Source: a virus. From it: a stretch of 64,000 nucleotides of DNA. The notes under the pieces were generated by a model. It had not been told where the DNA came from and made no database searches. It was given only the letters and a program-made list of their open reading frames with translations. The position numbers and the translations under genes are program-made. Of this stretch, positions 1 to 10,662 are shown in pieces. Within the stretch, counting starts at the first letter, position 1. Every line of letters starts with the position of its first letter. The DNA is taken from positions 50,612-114,611 of the IMG/VR virus record IMGVR_UViG_3300034375_013346; one strand, 5' to 3'.

Positions 1-1131
1 CCTCCTAATTTTTTTCAGATTAGATTCCTTCTTTCTCCGCTCAACCTTGTCCTTTACTTTTTTATATAAGGGGGTGGAGAAGAATTTTTTTAGGGAACCA
101 CTAAAGGAATTCAATATTATTCCCTCTACCTCTTCCCTCCTTGTGACAAATTTGGTCTTATTCTGATCCCCAAATTTTACCTTACCTGGGGGTAAGTTCA
201 ATATTAAACAGAAGTCGTAGAAGTGATGAGCCAGAGAATCGTCCAGGGTTCCATTGATCTGATCCATGATTATCTTTTGGTGTATGCCTGTGCAAGTAGC
301 GGAATTAACAAATGATACAGAACCAGAATCATCAATCTTCTCCCATATCAATATTTCTCCGATCCTAGTCTTATATGAGAGCTGCTGGAAAACCTTGGTG
401 TCTATAGGTATAACGACCTCATCCCAGATGAAATTAATCTTTATACTTTTAGTATTATCCTCCGTCTCCAAAACTCTTTTTTTCAGCAGCAACAGGGATC
501 TTAGAACTTCTTTATTCCACCTGCAGTTATCGAATATCTCAGCTAATGGAGAGAAGCTAACAGAGGTTCCCAGTTTTTTTCTACCTCGCTTGAGGACCTT
601 AGGTTTCCCTGGTTTAAAGTTATTCCACTCCTGAAAGTAATACTCATTGGGACTAACAGTCTCTATGGAAAAATAACTGGACATGGCATTAACAAGGCTA
701 ACCCCCATCCCGTTGGTACCTATCAGGGTTTCAGCTATATCGTCATTATTAAAATTGGACCCTGCTCTTAACATCGAGACCGCAGTAGCAACATTGGACA
801 TTCCACTCTTCTTATTGATAGACGAGCCGTTAATAAATCCTTCGCCAGAGTCTGTTACCCTAATGGTATTGGTTTTTGAATCAACCTCGATTGTGATTGA
901 GTCCATGGACTTCTTCATCCTTTTAGCCTCATCAACAGAATTAGAAAAGACCTCATCGAATAACTTATACATACCTATAGATATGTTATAAGGAACCAGT
1001 CTTATCTTATCTTTCTCCACTATCGGGATCTGCTCCTCCGTTACTTTTACGGATCCAACATAAATAGTTGGTCTTTTGAGTATATGTTCAAAATCCGAAA
1101 GTACCTGTATGCTCTTATTAGCTGATTTCAT
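1..1131 (-). CDS. Type IIA DNA topoisomerase ATPase/large subunit (T4 gp39/GyrB-like); runs off the left edge
   Basis: Not in the ORF track. Manual translation from ATG at 1131 gives MKSANKSIQVLSDFEHILKRPTIYVGS...KLFDEVFSNSVDE...VTDSGEG...LRAGSNF...IGTNGMGVSLVNAMS, which carries the GHKL ATPase motifs of topo II. Confidence 0.93.
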   Translation of the reverse strand, partial: MKSANKSIQVLSDFEHILKRPTIYVGSVKVTEEQIPIVEKDKIRLVPYNISIGMYKLFDEVFSNSVDEAKRMKKSMDSITIEVDSKTNTIRVTDSGEGFINGSSINKKSGMSNVATAVSMLRAGSNFNNDDIAETLIGTNGMGVSLVNAMSSYFSIETVSPNEYYFQEWNNFKPGKPKVLKRGRKKLGTSVSFSPLAEIFDNCRWNKEVLRSLLLLKKRVLETEDNTKSIKINFIWDEVVIPIDTKVFQQLSYKTRIGEILIWEKIDDSGSVSFVNSATCTGIHQKIIMDQINGTLDDSLAHHFYDFCLILNLPPGKVKFGDQNKTKFVTRREEVEGIILNSFSGSLKKFFSTPLYKKVKDKVERRKKESNLKKIRR

Positions 1132-1184
1132 ATTTAAATCCTATTGATCTAGGTTTATATGTCCAATCGATGTGATTATTTCAC

Positions 1185-1217
1185 AAAAAAAAGGTCTGGA
1201 GTTAACCAAACCTTTTT
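1185..1217 (-). terminator. Rho-independent terminator
   Basis: On the minus strand: AGGTTTGG-ttaact-CCAGACCT followed by a T-run, downstream of the holin-like gene. Confidence 0.7.
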
Positions 1218-1239
1218 AAATCGAAGATTATAGGAGGGT

Positions 1240-1416
1240 TTAGGCCTCCTCAGGAGCTTTGTTTTTGTCCAATACAGACCAAATACCACCTATTAAGGTC
1301 ATAGTGGCACCAAATAGTTCTGTGAACATAGCATCATCAATAAGACCTTGCGTTATTAACACACCTCCCAAGAAGGTTAAAGCGTGTCTAATGATTCCTA
1401 GTGTTTTTTCTTTCAT
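1240..1416 (-). CDS. Small 2-TM membrane protein, putative holin (Pam3-gp28-like)
   Basis: Manual translation MKEKTLGIIRHALTFLGGVLITQGLIDDAMFTELFGATMTLIGGIWSVLDKNKAPEEA (58 aa); IRH..T..GG.L motif and two hydrophobic helices. Confidence 0.7.
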   Translation of the reverse strand: MKEKTLGIIRHALTFLGGVLITQGLIDDAMFTELFGATMTLIGGIWSVLDKNKAPEEA

Positions 1417-1442
1417 TTTTTTATTAATTTGATTTTGGGGTT

Positions 1443-1976
1443 TTATTCCTCTCCGGCTGGGGTAAAATATATTTCATCGACCTTCATAGGGGAGATCTTA
1501 GCTTCATATCCTTTATCCGGCAAAGAAGCTGGAATTCCTATTATCATATCATTACCACCTACATTTTCAATGCGATCTACGATAAATTCAGAATCGAAGA
1601 ATATTGTTCTCTGGTCACCGAACCTGTTAACATCAAAGTCAAATTCTTCCGCCTCTACGTCGCTCCCTATTTTTTTACCTATGGTCGATTTATATTGTCT
1701 GGCTAGTCGTTCTCTTTCTTGAGCTATAATATCTTTTATATAATCAGGAGCACCCTTTCCCTGGGTTGGGACTTCAGCAATAACATTGATGTTCTCAACC
1801 GATCCCATTTCTTTCTGTGCTAGAAGATCCCTCAATCTAGGTATGATTTCGGAGTATTTCAATTCCTCGACAGGAGCTGCATTTATATTCTTCTTAAAGT
1901 CCAGCTCGTTATAAAGAGGAGTAGATCCTTCGTTTACCTTATTTGAATAGTCTTCGAATAAACTTATGTGCTTCAT
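1443..1976 (-). CDS. Hypothetical protein with capsid-targeting-like N-terminal leader
   Basis: 177-aa ORF starting MKHISLFEDY...VNE; GATATATA motif upstream. Confidence 0.6.
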   Translation of the reverse strand: MKHISLFEDYSNKVNEGSTPLYNELDFKKNINAAPVEELKYSEIIPRLRDLLAQKEMGSVENINVIAEVPTQGKGAPDYIKDIIAQERERLARQYKSTIGKKIGSDVEAEEFDFDVNRFGDQRTIFFDSEFIVDRIENVGGNDMIIGIPASLPDKGYEAKISPMKVDEIYFTPAGEE

Positions 1977-1998
1977 CTACTTAAAAATTAGATTTATC

Positions 1999-2006
1999 TA
2001 TATATC
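1999..2006 (-). promoter_or_regulatory. GATATATA putative late promoter
   Basis: Recurrent octamer just upstream of gene starts (see findings). Confidence 0.6.
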
Positions 2007-2282
2007 TCATTCAGGGAAATATTTTGTAACAATCACCTCAAGCTTAGAATTTCCCTTTATAAGCCGATGCCAGACCCCCGCTTTTATTTTTATCTTACCT
2101 TTACATTCAACCGGGAGTTGGTTATCGATCTGAAATAGCCAGTCATTCGGGGTTAAAAATTCCAAAGTTCGATCCTCCTCATCCCAATGCCACTTTAGAG
2201 AATTCTCGTCAGAATTTTCACTGAACACTCTCCGGTAGGTGCTGCCAGATTCGTGTATTTCTATATAAGGATGATCTACCAA
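2007..2282 (-). CDS. Cupin-like small protein
   Basis: WH.D.E.R...I.AG.WHR.IKG cupin-type metal motifs. Confidence 0.6.
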   Translation of the reverse strand: MVDHPYIEIHESGSTYRRVFSENSDENSLKWHWDEEDRTLEFLTPNDWLFQIDNQLPVECKGKIKIKAGVWHRLIKGNSKLEVIVTKYFPE

Positions 2283-2827
2283 GGATTACTTGATTTAAGT
2301 CCTAGTAGTTTATGATACCTGTGAACATTACATGACCACCATCTTGGTTTCCATCTTGGCCCGGGATCATTACATCTGTGTCTAGCTCTAAAAGACTTTG
2401 ATGCCTCTTTGTCGGAATTCTTTATTCTCATTCCAGGCTGACCAAACCTAACCAGTATGACTTTCCCATCTCCGTTCTTAGTGTAAACCCCGAACTTTCT
2501 GGGAGCTTTAGGTGTTCTGAAAGGCTTATTCAATTCCACGTCTCTTCCTTTATATTCAGCCTCGTTAATCTCAAAGGGGACATCCAATAAGACTTCTTCG
2601 CCAAGATAAGTGGATTTAGATCCAGCGTCAGTACTTATAAGGAAAACATCATCGAATGATAGATCCAATCTATCATTAAGCCACATATCCCTGGATTCAT
2701 TAATTAGATCTAACCAGGACTCAGACTCTATCCTATACACGCTTTCCATTAGAGAGACCTCATTTTTCAAATGGTAGTCCATCCCTTCGCTTAATCTATC
2801 AAAATCTGAGAATCCCTTTATTCGCAT
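2276..2827 (-). CDS. Conserved phage hypothetical protein (basic C-terminal domain), probable head-packaged protein
   Basis: Leader MRIKGFSDF..LSE; C-terminal KF.VY.KN..G.V..V.FG...SFRARH.C...WSC motif typical of large phages. Confidence 0.6.
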   Translation of the reverse strand: MRIKGFSDFDRLSEGMDYHLKNEVSLMESVYRIESESWLDLINESRDMWLNDRLDLSFDDVFLISTDAGSKSTYLGEEVLLDVPFEINEAEYKGRDVELNKPFRTPKAPRKFGVYTKNGDGKVILVRFGQPGMRIKNSDKEASKSFRARHRCNDPGPRWKPRWWSCNVHRYHKLLGLKSSNPW

Positions 2828-2831
2828 ATGC

Positions 2832-2839
2832 TATATATC
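2832..2839 (-). promoter_or_regulatory. GATATATA putative late promoter
   Basis: Octamer immediately upstream of the ATG at 2827. Confidence 0.55.
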
Positions 2840-2859
2840 GATTCGGAATTTCCCATTCA

Positions 2860-4143
2860 TCAGGTATCCTGTTTACTGAGCTTCTTTTTCTCCTCGATAG
2901 CTTTGGCTTTTTTCAAAGCTGCTTCCCTAAAATATTCATGGTTTTTCCTTATCCTAGATTTTTCATTTTCGCTCATTGTAACAAAGAAAGGCATCCTCAT
3001 GATGGCTTCCATCTTCTCAGCGGAGATTTCAGGATTTCCTGTGTGATATGCAGCTAATGCAAATTCATCAAGAAGACGCCATTGCCAAATTTCAGGTTCT
3101 ACAAATAATATATCCGATGTTCCTGGATTCTTTACTGCCATATTTCCGTAAGTAAAGGAAAGAACCCATCTTTCCTGCTCCCTTAGTTTTCTCATAGCAT
3201 GGAATATAGCTTCGAGCCTTTCCGGTCTGTATTCCCAGGCTTTGGAATAGGCAGTAATGACTTCATCGGGGTGCCTCCCGAGCTGCTCTTTTAATCTACC
3301 TATCATGTAAAGGGAATAGTAAACCTCCTCATCCCATCCGCCAGCATCTGCCCTTTTTTGATAAGCGTCTATGGCTTTTACCTTCTGTTGGGAATCTCTA
3401 TAACTTTGAGCCAAATAGAACATATATCGGGTATTTTCTGGATCCTTATCTAATGCTTCCTCCAATATTTCAGCATCCTTTGCGTATTTTTCTTCCAAGG
3501 AGCTAGCCCTTTTCAGAGGACTTATATCGGCATCTACCCTACATCTGTCACCTGGAATTTGGTATTGTATTACCGGCTCTTTTCCAGGTAGATCCAAATA
3601 CTCATGCAAAACCCCTTTGTATACCCAATCTTGATCGGATCTAACTATCTGAGCTCGATGATACTGTAGGTTATTTAATCTGTACATTATCTGGAAGCAA
3701 TCAACATCAGAGGGTAAATCCGAGAATGGATTAATGTTGGGATTTAAAACTTCGAAGGTATCATCAGCATCTATTATCCATGAGTAATCACATTTACCTC
3801 TGGCTAATTCCAGACTTTCCGTGCGATTAACTTCAAAGTTAACCCAGGGTCTCTCGTAGATTTCGCCTTCTATACCAAGCTCATCCATAGTTGATTTTAT
3901 CTCATCTATTGTATTATCGCTTGATCCAGTGTCACATATTACATAATATGAGATATATGGTGCACATCTGGTTAAACATTTTCGGATCGTGTCCTCCTCA
4001 TCTTTCACGATCATAACAAGACAGAGACTAATCGATTGGGACTTATCTACTTTTTCCGTAGATGCATCCTCCGTAGCGATTTCTTTTTTACTTTCTTTGT
4101 TAATTGCAGGTCTGGATTTGCTCCTTGATTTTTTGGATGCCAT
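2860..4143 (-). CDS. GT2 glycosyltransferase with C-terminal TPR repeats
   Basis: LCLVMIVKDEE, DTGSSD, IIDADD (DxD) and GVLHE motifs, followed by TPR helices (RYMFYLAQSY, EVYYSLY, AWEYRPERLEA). Confidence 0.9.
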   Translation of the reverse strand: MASKKSRSKSRPAINKESKKEIATEDASTEKVDKSQSISLCLVMIVKDEEDTIRKCLTRCAPYISYYVICDTGSSDNTIDEIKSTMDELGIEGEIYERPWVNFEVNRTESLELARGKCDYSWIIDADDTFEVLNPNINPFSDLPSDVDCFQIMYRLNNLQYHRAQIVRSDQDWVYKGVLHEYLDLPGKEPVIQYQIPGDRCRVDADISPLKRASSLEEKYAKDAEILEEALDKDPENTRYMFYLAQSYRDSQQKVKAIDAYQKRADAGGWDEEVYYSLYMIGRLKEQLGRHPDEVITAYSKAWEYRPERLEAIFHAMRKLREQERWVLSFTYGNMAVKNPGTSDILFVEPEIWQWRLLDEFALAAYHTGNPEISAEKMEAIMRMPFFVTMSENEKSRIRKNHEYFREAALKKAKAIEEKKKLSKQDT

Positions 4144-4199
4144 CTTTTATATGAGTATATTTTCCATTTATATGGGGAATACACTAAAAAATTTCACCC

Positions 4200-4925
4200 T
4201 TATCCCTGATCTAACGAGGTTATTCTCTCAAGAATGAGTCCATCATTGAGTGTCATAGTAAATTCACCCTTAGCTACGACATTTCTTTTGCTTGTAGATA
4301 TGAGATCCACATTAAGAAATCCCGTTTCCTCGCATATGTCGATATCCTCCGTCGGGTTAACCCTGGGAAGAAAGGTAGATCTACTCATACCCCTACCGTT
4401 CCAATAAACCAGGGTGAGATTATCTATTTTACCATCCAATATCTTTACAACCTGATTTTCTCTTAGGCATTCTATCTTTATCGAGGGTCCTCTAGACTTG
4501 AAACCTGAAGAAAATGAGGTCAAAAAATACCCTCTACCCTCGAGAAGCCCGGGGACGGTATCATTTTTGCAGGAAAACATTCCTAAAGAACCCGAGAATC
4601 TATGGTGCTTAAATCTTACACCTAGCTCCATGAAGGATTTTCTTAGGGCCTCCATTATCTCCTCCACATCCTCAGATTTATAGAAATCCATTAGGTAATG
4701 GGGATTAGCTCCCTTTATAATCTTGGAAGACCTGATGCGAAGGTTGGAATAATACCTTATATAATTTTCGAAGACAATACCTATGGAAGCAACTTGTTCC
4801 TCCTCAGATTTAGTCATCTTCTTCCTCATATTCATCTCATGTTCGAATCTTTCTACAAACTCTGAGAGGATGTTATTATCGTTCATATTCAATTTAGATT
4901 CTTTTCCAGGAGTAATCCGTGTCAA
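4200..4925 (-). CDS. Hypothetical protein
   Basis: 241-aa ORF in the minus-strand gene run; the true start may be about 40 nt downstream. Confidence 0.55.
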   Translation of the reverse strand: MTRITPGKESKLNMNDNNILSEFVERFEHEMNMRKKMTKSEEEQVASIGIVFENYIRYYSNLRIRSSKIIKGANPHYLMDFYKSEDVEEIMEALRKSFMELGVRFKHHRFSGSLGMFSCKNDTVPGLLEGRGYFLTSFSSGFKSRGPSIKIECLRENQVVKILDGKIDNLTLVYWNGRGMSRSTFLPRVNPTEDIDICEETGFLNVDLISTSKRNVVAKGEFTMTLNDGLILERITSLDQG

Positions 4926-5307
4926 GCTTGAATCTCCCTAAACACTCAAACTTATTACCCCATTCTTCGGGTGAAATTATGCTAGCAAATGTCTTTTCTT
5001 TATTACCAACATATAGATATATCTCTATTCCTATATAGGGTTCAAAAGAAATTTTAGAAGACCATATCATCTGGTTATCCGAATATTCACTATACAGATC
5101 CCTAATCTGCTCTTTTATTTCCTCAGCCCTCTTGTTAAATTTTTTAGCAGCTTTGGATACAGCACCTCCTTTAAACTTGTCGATGTCATCTATCTGGAAA
5201 CTAGGGGAACTTAAAGAAGTTGGATATGGCTTTAGAAAAGCATCAAAAACCCCGGTCTCCTGATTAAACACTACGGAATCCGGTAATTTACGATTTTTCT
5301 TTTTCAA
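4894..5307 (-). CDS. DUF2452-like protein
   Basis: PYPTSLSSP...F.P..G...YLY...SII.P.EW...G.F.L..D.SW pattern. Confidence 0.7.
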   Translation of the reverse strand: MKKKNRKLPDSVVFNQETGVFDAFLKPYPTSLSSPSFQIDDIDKFKGGAVSKAAKKFNKRAEEIKEQIRDLYSEYSDNQMIWSSKISFEPYIGIEIYLYVGNKEKTFASIISPEEWGNKFECLGRFKLDTDYSWKRI

Positions 5308-5929
5308 GTGAGGTTGGCTTTATTCCTATCTTATCTATCACTTGTTTATAGACTTCTTCGGATCCGGGGGAGGCATTAATCTTAACCAGCTTTCTACTTT
5401 TCCTATACTTATCCAATAGAGGTTTGGTTTTATTCTCATATTCGTCGAACCTCTTATTAATTACATCTGGATTTTTATCATCTTCCCTTCCTTCCTTCTC
5501 GGCTCTATTGAGGATTCTTTCCCTCGATTTTTTTCTGCTCAGGTCCAGGTAGATGCAATGGTTTAATCCAACACCCAATTTACCCAGGATGGAGTCAAGC
5601 ATCTTAGTTTGCTTAATAGTTCTTGGAAATCCGTCTATTACTACACCACTTTCAAGATCCGCTTTACCAAGCTCTCTTCTTAACATTCTAGCCATTATTC
5701 TATCCGGAATATAATCTCCTTTGGCTATGATCTTTTTTAGATCTTCATCCTTGGAATTCCTGATTAGTTCTCCCGTAGAAATATGGGTAAATCCGTTCTT
5801 GGAGGCAAGTTTTTTAGAAACCGTTCCCTTTCCGGAACCGGGAGGACCCATTATGATTATGATTTCTCCTTGCTTATCTGGGATTTCCCTCTCGTTGATA
5901 AAATATTCGTAGCTTTTAACCTTATCCAT
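5288..5929 (-). CDS. adk: Adenylate kinase with N-terminal capsid-targeting-like extension
   Basis: GPPGSGKGT P-loop, HISTGELIR, DGFPRT, GREDD. Confidence 0.95.
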   Translation of the reverse strand: MDKVKSYEYFINEREIPDKQGEIIIIMGPPGSGKGTVSKKLASKNGFTHISTGELIRNSKDEDLKKIIAKGDYIPDRIMARMLRRELGKADLESGVVIDGFPRTIKQTKMLDSILGKLGVGLNHCIYLDLSRKKSRERILNRAEKEGREDDKNPDVINKRFDEYENKTKPLLDKYRKSRKLVKINASPGSEEVYKQVIDKIGIKPTSLEKEKS

Positions 5930-5940
5930 CTCAATTTAGC

Positions 5941-6549
5941 TTATTTTTTCTCGAAATACCAAGTACCGAACCACTCATCGGTTACAGATAGCTGATACCC
6001 CATTCTCTCACAGAACTCATCTACTGCAGGATTCACACCAAATACACCACAATACCATTTATGGATATTATCATAAATGTGCTTATCCTTGCCGTTTGGT
6101 AAAAAAGGCCCCTCCTTCCAATTAAGGTCTATATAATCGTGGCCCATTAATATGCCCCCGCTTTTAACTTTGGGATACCAAAGACCAATATCCTCACAAA
6201 CTGACTTGTAGGTATGGTTAGCATCTATAAAAACAAAATCCAGGCTCTCGTCAGGAAATAGCTTATAGGTCTTATTAGAAAAGTTCCTTATCATAGTCGA
6301 TCTCTCACCAAACTGTTCCATCCTTTCCGCACATTCAGTCATGATTGCGTAGGGTTCAAAAGACCCATGGTTGGATCCATCTGGGTAATCCTCGAAATCC
6401 AATTCTCTCCAAACATCGATCATGTAGAGATCTCCGTCCCACGTTTTCAATATTTCCTCAGCAAATTCTCCCTTAAAGGAACCAATCTCAGCTCCTACTT
6501 TAAAGCCCCTTTTAACAAAGATCTCTTTTATTAAATCTTCCCTCTTCAT
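5941..6549 (-). CDS. Class I SAM-dependent methyltransferase (Methyltransf_24-like)
   Basis: GAEIGSFKG, YMIDVW, LDFVFIDANHTY, GGILMGHDY. Confidence 0.88.
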   Translation of the reverse strand: MKREDLIKEIFVKRGFKVGAEIGSFKGEFAEEILKTWDGDLYMIDVWRELDFEDYPDGSNHGSFEPYAIMTECAERMEQFGERSTMIRNFSNKTYKLFPDESLDFVFIDANHTYKSVCEDIGLWYPKVKSGGILMGHDYIDLNWKEGPFLPNGKDKHIYDNIHKWYCGVFGVNPAVDEFCERMGYQLSVTDEWFGTWYFEKK

Positions 6550-6567
6550 CAGCTATTTTTAAATGTG

Positions 6568-9063
6568 TTACGATCCACAGGATATACAGTCATCCGGATT
6601 ATCTAGACTACATGATATATCAGACATTGCCTGATTTGCTAGCTCCTTTAACTCCTCACTAGCAGATTCAGAGTGATTAGAATTCTTTTCATCATTGGGA
6701 ACATTGACAGTTTCCTCAACCTTAACTACACTGGGAGACTTGGTTTTATACTTACTTGAATCTATACCGAGACCGGATAAGGCATCCACTGCTGCCTTAG
6801 TTCTCAAATAGTACATACCAGTTTTAAGACCCATCTTCCAGGAATGGAAATGAGCTGCAGTTAACTTGGCTGCATTCACGCCCTCTATGAAAAGATTAAG
6901 GGACTGAGACTGGCATATAAATTTACCTCTCTCAGCAGACATTTCAATAAGATCCTTCTGCTTTATCTCCCAGACAGTTTTATAGATCTCCTTAATATCG
7001 TCGGGTATATTGGGTATATTCTGAATTGACCCCTTATGGATGATAATCATATTCTTCATATCATCATCCCATAGATTGAGTGAAATTAGATCATTCACGA
7101 GATGCTTATTAATCACAATAAATTCCCCACTCAAAGTTCTTCGAGTATAAATGTTTGAAGTGAAAGGCTCGAAAGCTTCATTATTCCCCATAATCTGAGC
7201 GGTAGAAGCAGTTGGCATTGGGGCTAAAAGCAATGAATTTCTTGCCCCATGCTTCATAACTTCCTTCCTAAGCTTTTTCCAGTCCCACCTACCAGATAAT
7301 TCCTCGTCGGTGAAATTCCATAGATTGAATTGGAATTTGCCCTGGCTCAGAGGAGATCCATCAAAGGTCTCATATGCTCCAAGTTTTTTGGCTAAAGAAA
7401 CTGAGGCGGACATAGAAGCAAAATATATCGTTTCAAATATATCTGAGTTTATTTTCCTAGCCTCATCCGATGAGAATGGTATTCCCATAATAGCATAAAG
7501 ATCAGCCAGACCCTGTATTCCTATCCCTATGGGTCTATGCCTCATGTTGGATTTTCTAGTTTCTGGAGTAGGATAAAAATTAACATCTATAACCTTATTA
7601 AGATTAATAGCGGTTTGATAGGCCACCTCATACAGAAGATCGTGATCGACTTCACACTTTCCTCTCAGTATTTTGGAGGTTCTAGCATCAGTAGATTTCA
7701 AGAAGTTATTTACCGCTATCGAAGCAAGATTACAAACTGCTTGTTCATCTTTATCAGTATACTCGATTATCTCGGTACACAGATTAGAAGATTTTATAGT
7801 ACCGAGGTTTTGCTGATTTGATTTCCTATTTGCAGCATCTTTATATAGGATATATGGTGTACCAGTCTCTATCTGGGATTCTATTATTTTTCCCCATAGT
7901 TCGCGAGCTCTAACTTTTTTCCTGACTTTCCCTTCTCTCTCAGCAGCTATGTATTTCTTATTGAATTCTTCTCCATAAACCTCGTGTAAACCAGGAACTT
8001 CAGAAGGAGATATTAATGACCAGTCCTCATCCTTTTCTACTCTCTCCATAAACAGGTCCGGAACCCAGAGAGCCAAAAATAAATCTCTTGCTCTCCTCTC
8101 CTCCTTACCCGTATTTTTTCTTAGCTCTAGAAAATCCTCCACATCTGCGTGCCATGGTTCAAGGTAAATGGCGAAAGATCCCTTTCTCTTTCCACCACCC
8201 TGATCAACATATCTGGCGGTCTCGTTATAGACCTTCAACATCGGAACAATCCCATTCGACTTACCATTTGTTCCTCGTATATAGGAACCAGTAGATCTCA
8301 CATTATGTATGGCTAGTCCAATACCTCCCGCATTTTGAGAGATCAAAGCAACATCGGATAGGGTCTTATAGATACCCGGAATTGAATCATCACTCATCGT
8401 GAGAAGAAAGCAGGACGATAATTGGGGTTTTCTAGTACCCGCATTAAATAGGGTAGGAGTAGCGTGAGTCATCATATGAGTTGACAAAAGCTCATACGTC
8501 TTAATGGCATTCTTTATGTCGCTTCCCCATATTCCTACCGCAACCCTCATGTACATGTGCTGAGGGGTTTCTGAAGGATTCCCATGCATTTTTAGAAGAT
8601 AACTCTTCTCCAATGTTTTGAAACCAAAATACTCAAAATTGAAATCACGATCATGTATAATCGAGGAATCCAACTTGTTCTTATTTTTTCTAACAACCTC
8701 GTACGTCTCATCACTGATAAGACCTGCAGGCTTGTCCGTTTCCGGATCGATATAGGAATATAGGTCCTCTATGGTATCCGAGAATTTCTTCTTAGTTGTT
8801 TTATGTAACCTCGAGACCGCTATTCTTGAAGCCAGAATTGAGTGGTCCGGGTGAATGGGTATAAGTGAAGCAGCGGTTTCGGCTGCTAAATTGTCAAGTT
8901 CACCTGTGGTGATACCGTCATAAATTCCGGCGATCACCTTTTGTGATATACCCATTGAATCCACAAAATCTGTGTTCAATCCATAAGTCATTTTCCTCAC
9001 GCGGTTAGATATTTTATCAAATCTTACCGCTTCGCTAGATCCGTCTCTCTTAGTTACGTACAT
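6568..9063 (-). CDS. nrdA: Ribonucleotide reductase class Ia alpha subunit (N-terminal ATP cone)
   Basis: VTKRDG ATP cone, [30 protein letters not shown]-terminal CxxC. Confidence 0.98.
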   Translation of the reverse strand: MYVTKRDGSSEAVRFDKISNRVRKMTYGLNTDFVDSMGISQKVIAGIYDGITTGELDNLAAETAASLIPIHPDHSILASRIAVSRLHKTTKKKFSDTIEDLYSYIDPETDKPAGLISDETYEVVRKNKNKLDSSIIHDRDFNFEYFGFKTLEKSYLLKMHGNPSETPQHMYMRVAVGIWGSDIKNAIKTYELLSTHMMTHATPTLFNAGTRKPQLSSCFLLTMSDDSIPGIYKTLSDVALISQNAGGIGLAIHNVRSTGSYIRGTNGKSNGIVPMLKVYNETARYVDQGGGKRKGSFAIYLEPWHADVEDFLELRKNTGKEERRARDLFLALWVPDLFMERVEKDEDWSLISPSEVPGLHEVYGEEFNKKYIAAEREGKVRKKVRARELWGKIIESQIETGTPYILYKDAANRKSNQQNLGTIKSSNLCTEIIEYTDKDEQAVCNLASIAVNNFLKSTDARTSKILRGKCEVDHDLLYEVAYQTAINLNKVIDVNFYPTPETRKSNMRHRPIGIGIQGLADLYAIMGIPFSSDEARKINSDIFETIYFASMSASVSLAKKLGAYETFDGSPLSQGKFQFNLWNFTDEELSGRWDWKKLRKEVMKHGARNSLLLAPMPTASTAQIMGNNEAFEPFTSNIYTRRTLSGEFIVINKHLVNDLISLNLWDDDMKNMIIIHKGSIQNIPNIPDDIKEIYKTVWEIKQKDLIEMSAERGKFICQSQSLNLFIEGVNAAKLTAAHFHSWKMGLKTGMYYLRTKAAVDALSGLGIDSSKYKTKSPSVVKVEETVNVPNDEKNSNHSESASEELKELANQAMSDISCSLDNPDDCISCGS

Positions 9064-9082
9064 TGTTCTTTTTTGGTTATTT

Positions 9083-10063
9083 TTAAAAATCCACGTCCAT
9101 ATCGAACGTGTTCTCTGAGGAGTTCATAACTCCCGCTTTCTGATATTCCCCAACTCTTTTTTCGAAGAAGTTGGTTTTTCCCTGAAGTGATATATTGGTC
9201 ATAAAATCAAACGGATTCTCCACATTGAAAACTTTAGAGCATTCAAGATCAACCAAAAGTCTATCAGCAACAAACTCCAAATATTGCTTCATCAGATCTG
9301 AATTCATACCAATCAATTTAACTGGAAGGGACTCGGTGATGAATTCTTTCTCTATCTCAAGAGCACTTAATATGATCTCCCTTATTCTTTCTTCAGATAC
9401 CTTATTATTTACAAATCTATTGTGGAGCATAACAGCAAAATCGCAATGCATCCCTTCGTCTCTGGAGATAAGCTCGTTAGAAAAACTAAGACCCGGCATT
9501 AGACCCCTTTTCTTAAGCCAAAAAATGGAACAAAAAGATCCGGAAAAGAATATGCCCTCCACCGCGGCAAAAGCAATAAGTCTTTCCTGGAAGTGATCTG
9601 ATTCCACCCATTTAAGAGCCCATTCAGCTTTCCTTTTAACAGCTGGGATAGTATCAATTGCATTAAAAAGATTGGACTTCTCCTCAGGGTCTGAGATATA
9701 AGTATCGATCAGGAGGGAGTAAGTCTCGGAATGTATATTCTCCATCATAATCTGGAATCCGTAGAAAAATTTAGCCTCCGTATATTGTACCTCACTAACA
9801 AAATTCTCAGCAAGATTCTCGTTAACTATACCATCAGAGGCAGCAAAAAAAGCTAAGACATGCTTAATAAAATGCCTTTCATTATCATTGAGCTTATTTC
9901 TCCAATCATCAATATCACTGGATAAATCAATTTCCTCAGCAGTCCAAATACATGCTTGCTGTTTTTTATACATCTCCCAGATCTCCTGGTGTTCTATTGG
10001 GAAAATCACAAAGCGATTTGGATTTTCATTTAATATCGGTTCAGGTAACGAATATCCTTCCAT
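9083..10063 (-). CDS. nrdB: Ribonucleotide reductase class Ia beta subunit
   Basis: [37 protein letters not shown]. Confidence 0.98.
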   Translation of the reverse strand: MEGYSLPEPILNENPNRFVIFPIEHQEIWEMYKKQQACIWTAEEIDLSSDIDDWRNKLNDNERHFIKHVLAFFAASDGIVNENLAENFVSEVQYTEAKFFYGFQIMMENIHSETYSLLIDTYISDPEEKSNLFNAIDTIPAVKRKAEWALKWVESDHFQERLIAFAAVEGIFFSGSFCSIFWLKKRGLMPGLSFSNELISRDEGMHCDFAVMLHNRFVNNKVSEERIREIILSALEIEKEFITESLPVKLIGMNSDLMKQYLEFVADRLLVDLECSKVFNVENPFDFMTNISLQGKTNFFEKRVGEYQKAGVMNSSENTFDMDVDF

Positions 10064-10104
10064 AGGTATTAATTTTTTGGTTAATTTTTAATCGATCTTT
10101 GTTC

Positions 10105-10572
10105 TTAATAGTTATTCTCCTGTCTCCTCCTATTCTCCTCATTCTTACTCATGTACATATTGTACATTTCCTGGGAAGTCATTCCTATGGAGGCAGCATA
10201 ATTCATAAAAAAATGAAGCATGTCAACTATTTCGAACTTGCACTCAAGCTGGTCTGATTCAGATAAATCACTAAATCGGATCTCCGTGTAACTATTATAC
10301 GCTTGCTTCCATCTTTTCCAGATTGCGTTTCCCCCGCCTTGCTTAATACCACCCAAGGCATCAGTAGCTTCGTGGATCTCGTCAATCATAGCATGGTTAT
10401 TCATATGCCAGAAATCCATTAGATCCCTGAGAGTCATGTCCTGAAAATTGTAGCCGTAAACGTTCTTCTGAGTGTCTGCTTGAAGTTCAAGAATTTCACC
10501 TAGTGTATCGGAAGATTCAGAATACAGATCCTTAATTTCTAGTTCTGCACAAGTATTATCAGTGTTTGCCAT
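10105..10572 (-). CDS. All-alpha dUTPase/dCTP pyrophosphatase (T4 gp56/MazG-like)
   Basis: DEIHE, WKRWK, FEIVDMLHFF, KNEENRRRQENNY. Confidence 0.88.
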   Translation of the reverse strand: MANTDNTCAELEIKDLYSESSDTLGEILELQADTQKNVYGYNFQDMTLRDLMDFWHMNNHAMIDEIHEATDALGGIKQGGGNAIWKRWKQAYNSYTEIRFSDLSESDQLECKFEIVDMLHFFMNYAASIGMTSQEMYNMYMSKNEENRRRQENNY

Positions 10573-10618
10573 ATTTTTTTGTTTGATCTATTTTTAATCC
10601 TCTAGACACTAGGTTTTT

Positions 10619-10626
10619 TATATATC
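10619..10626 (-). promoter_or_regulatory. GATATATA putative late promoter
   Basis: Intergenic octamer upstream of the dUTPase gene. Confidence 0.5.
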
Positions 10627-10662
10627 AAGTGGTCTATAGAGGTCGAGTATTTTTAGGATTTT

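Noticed and set aside
266-991. Plus-strand ORFs 266-634 and 683-991, and most other short ORFs antisense to long genes
   Set aside because: They are shadow frames of the topoisomerase or other clear minus-strand genes and show no motifs.
6568-10063. Introns or inteins in nrdA/nrdB
   Set aside because: Both are of normal length with continuous motifs.
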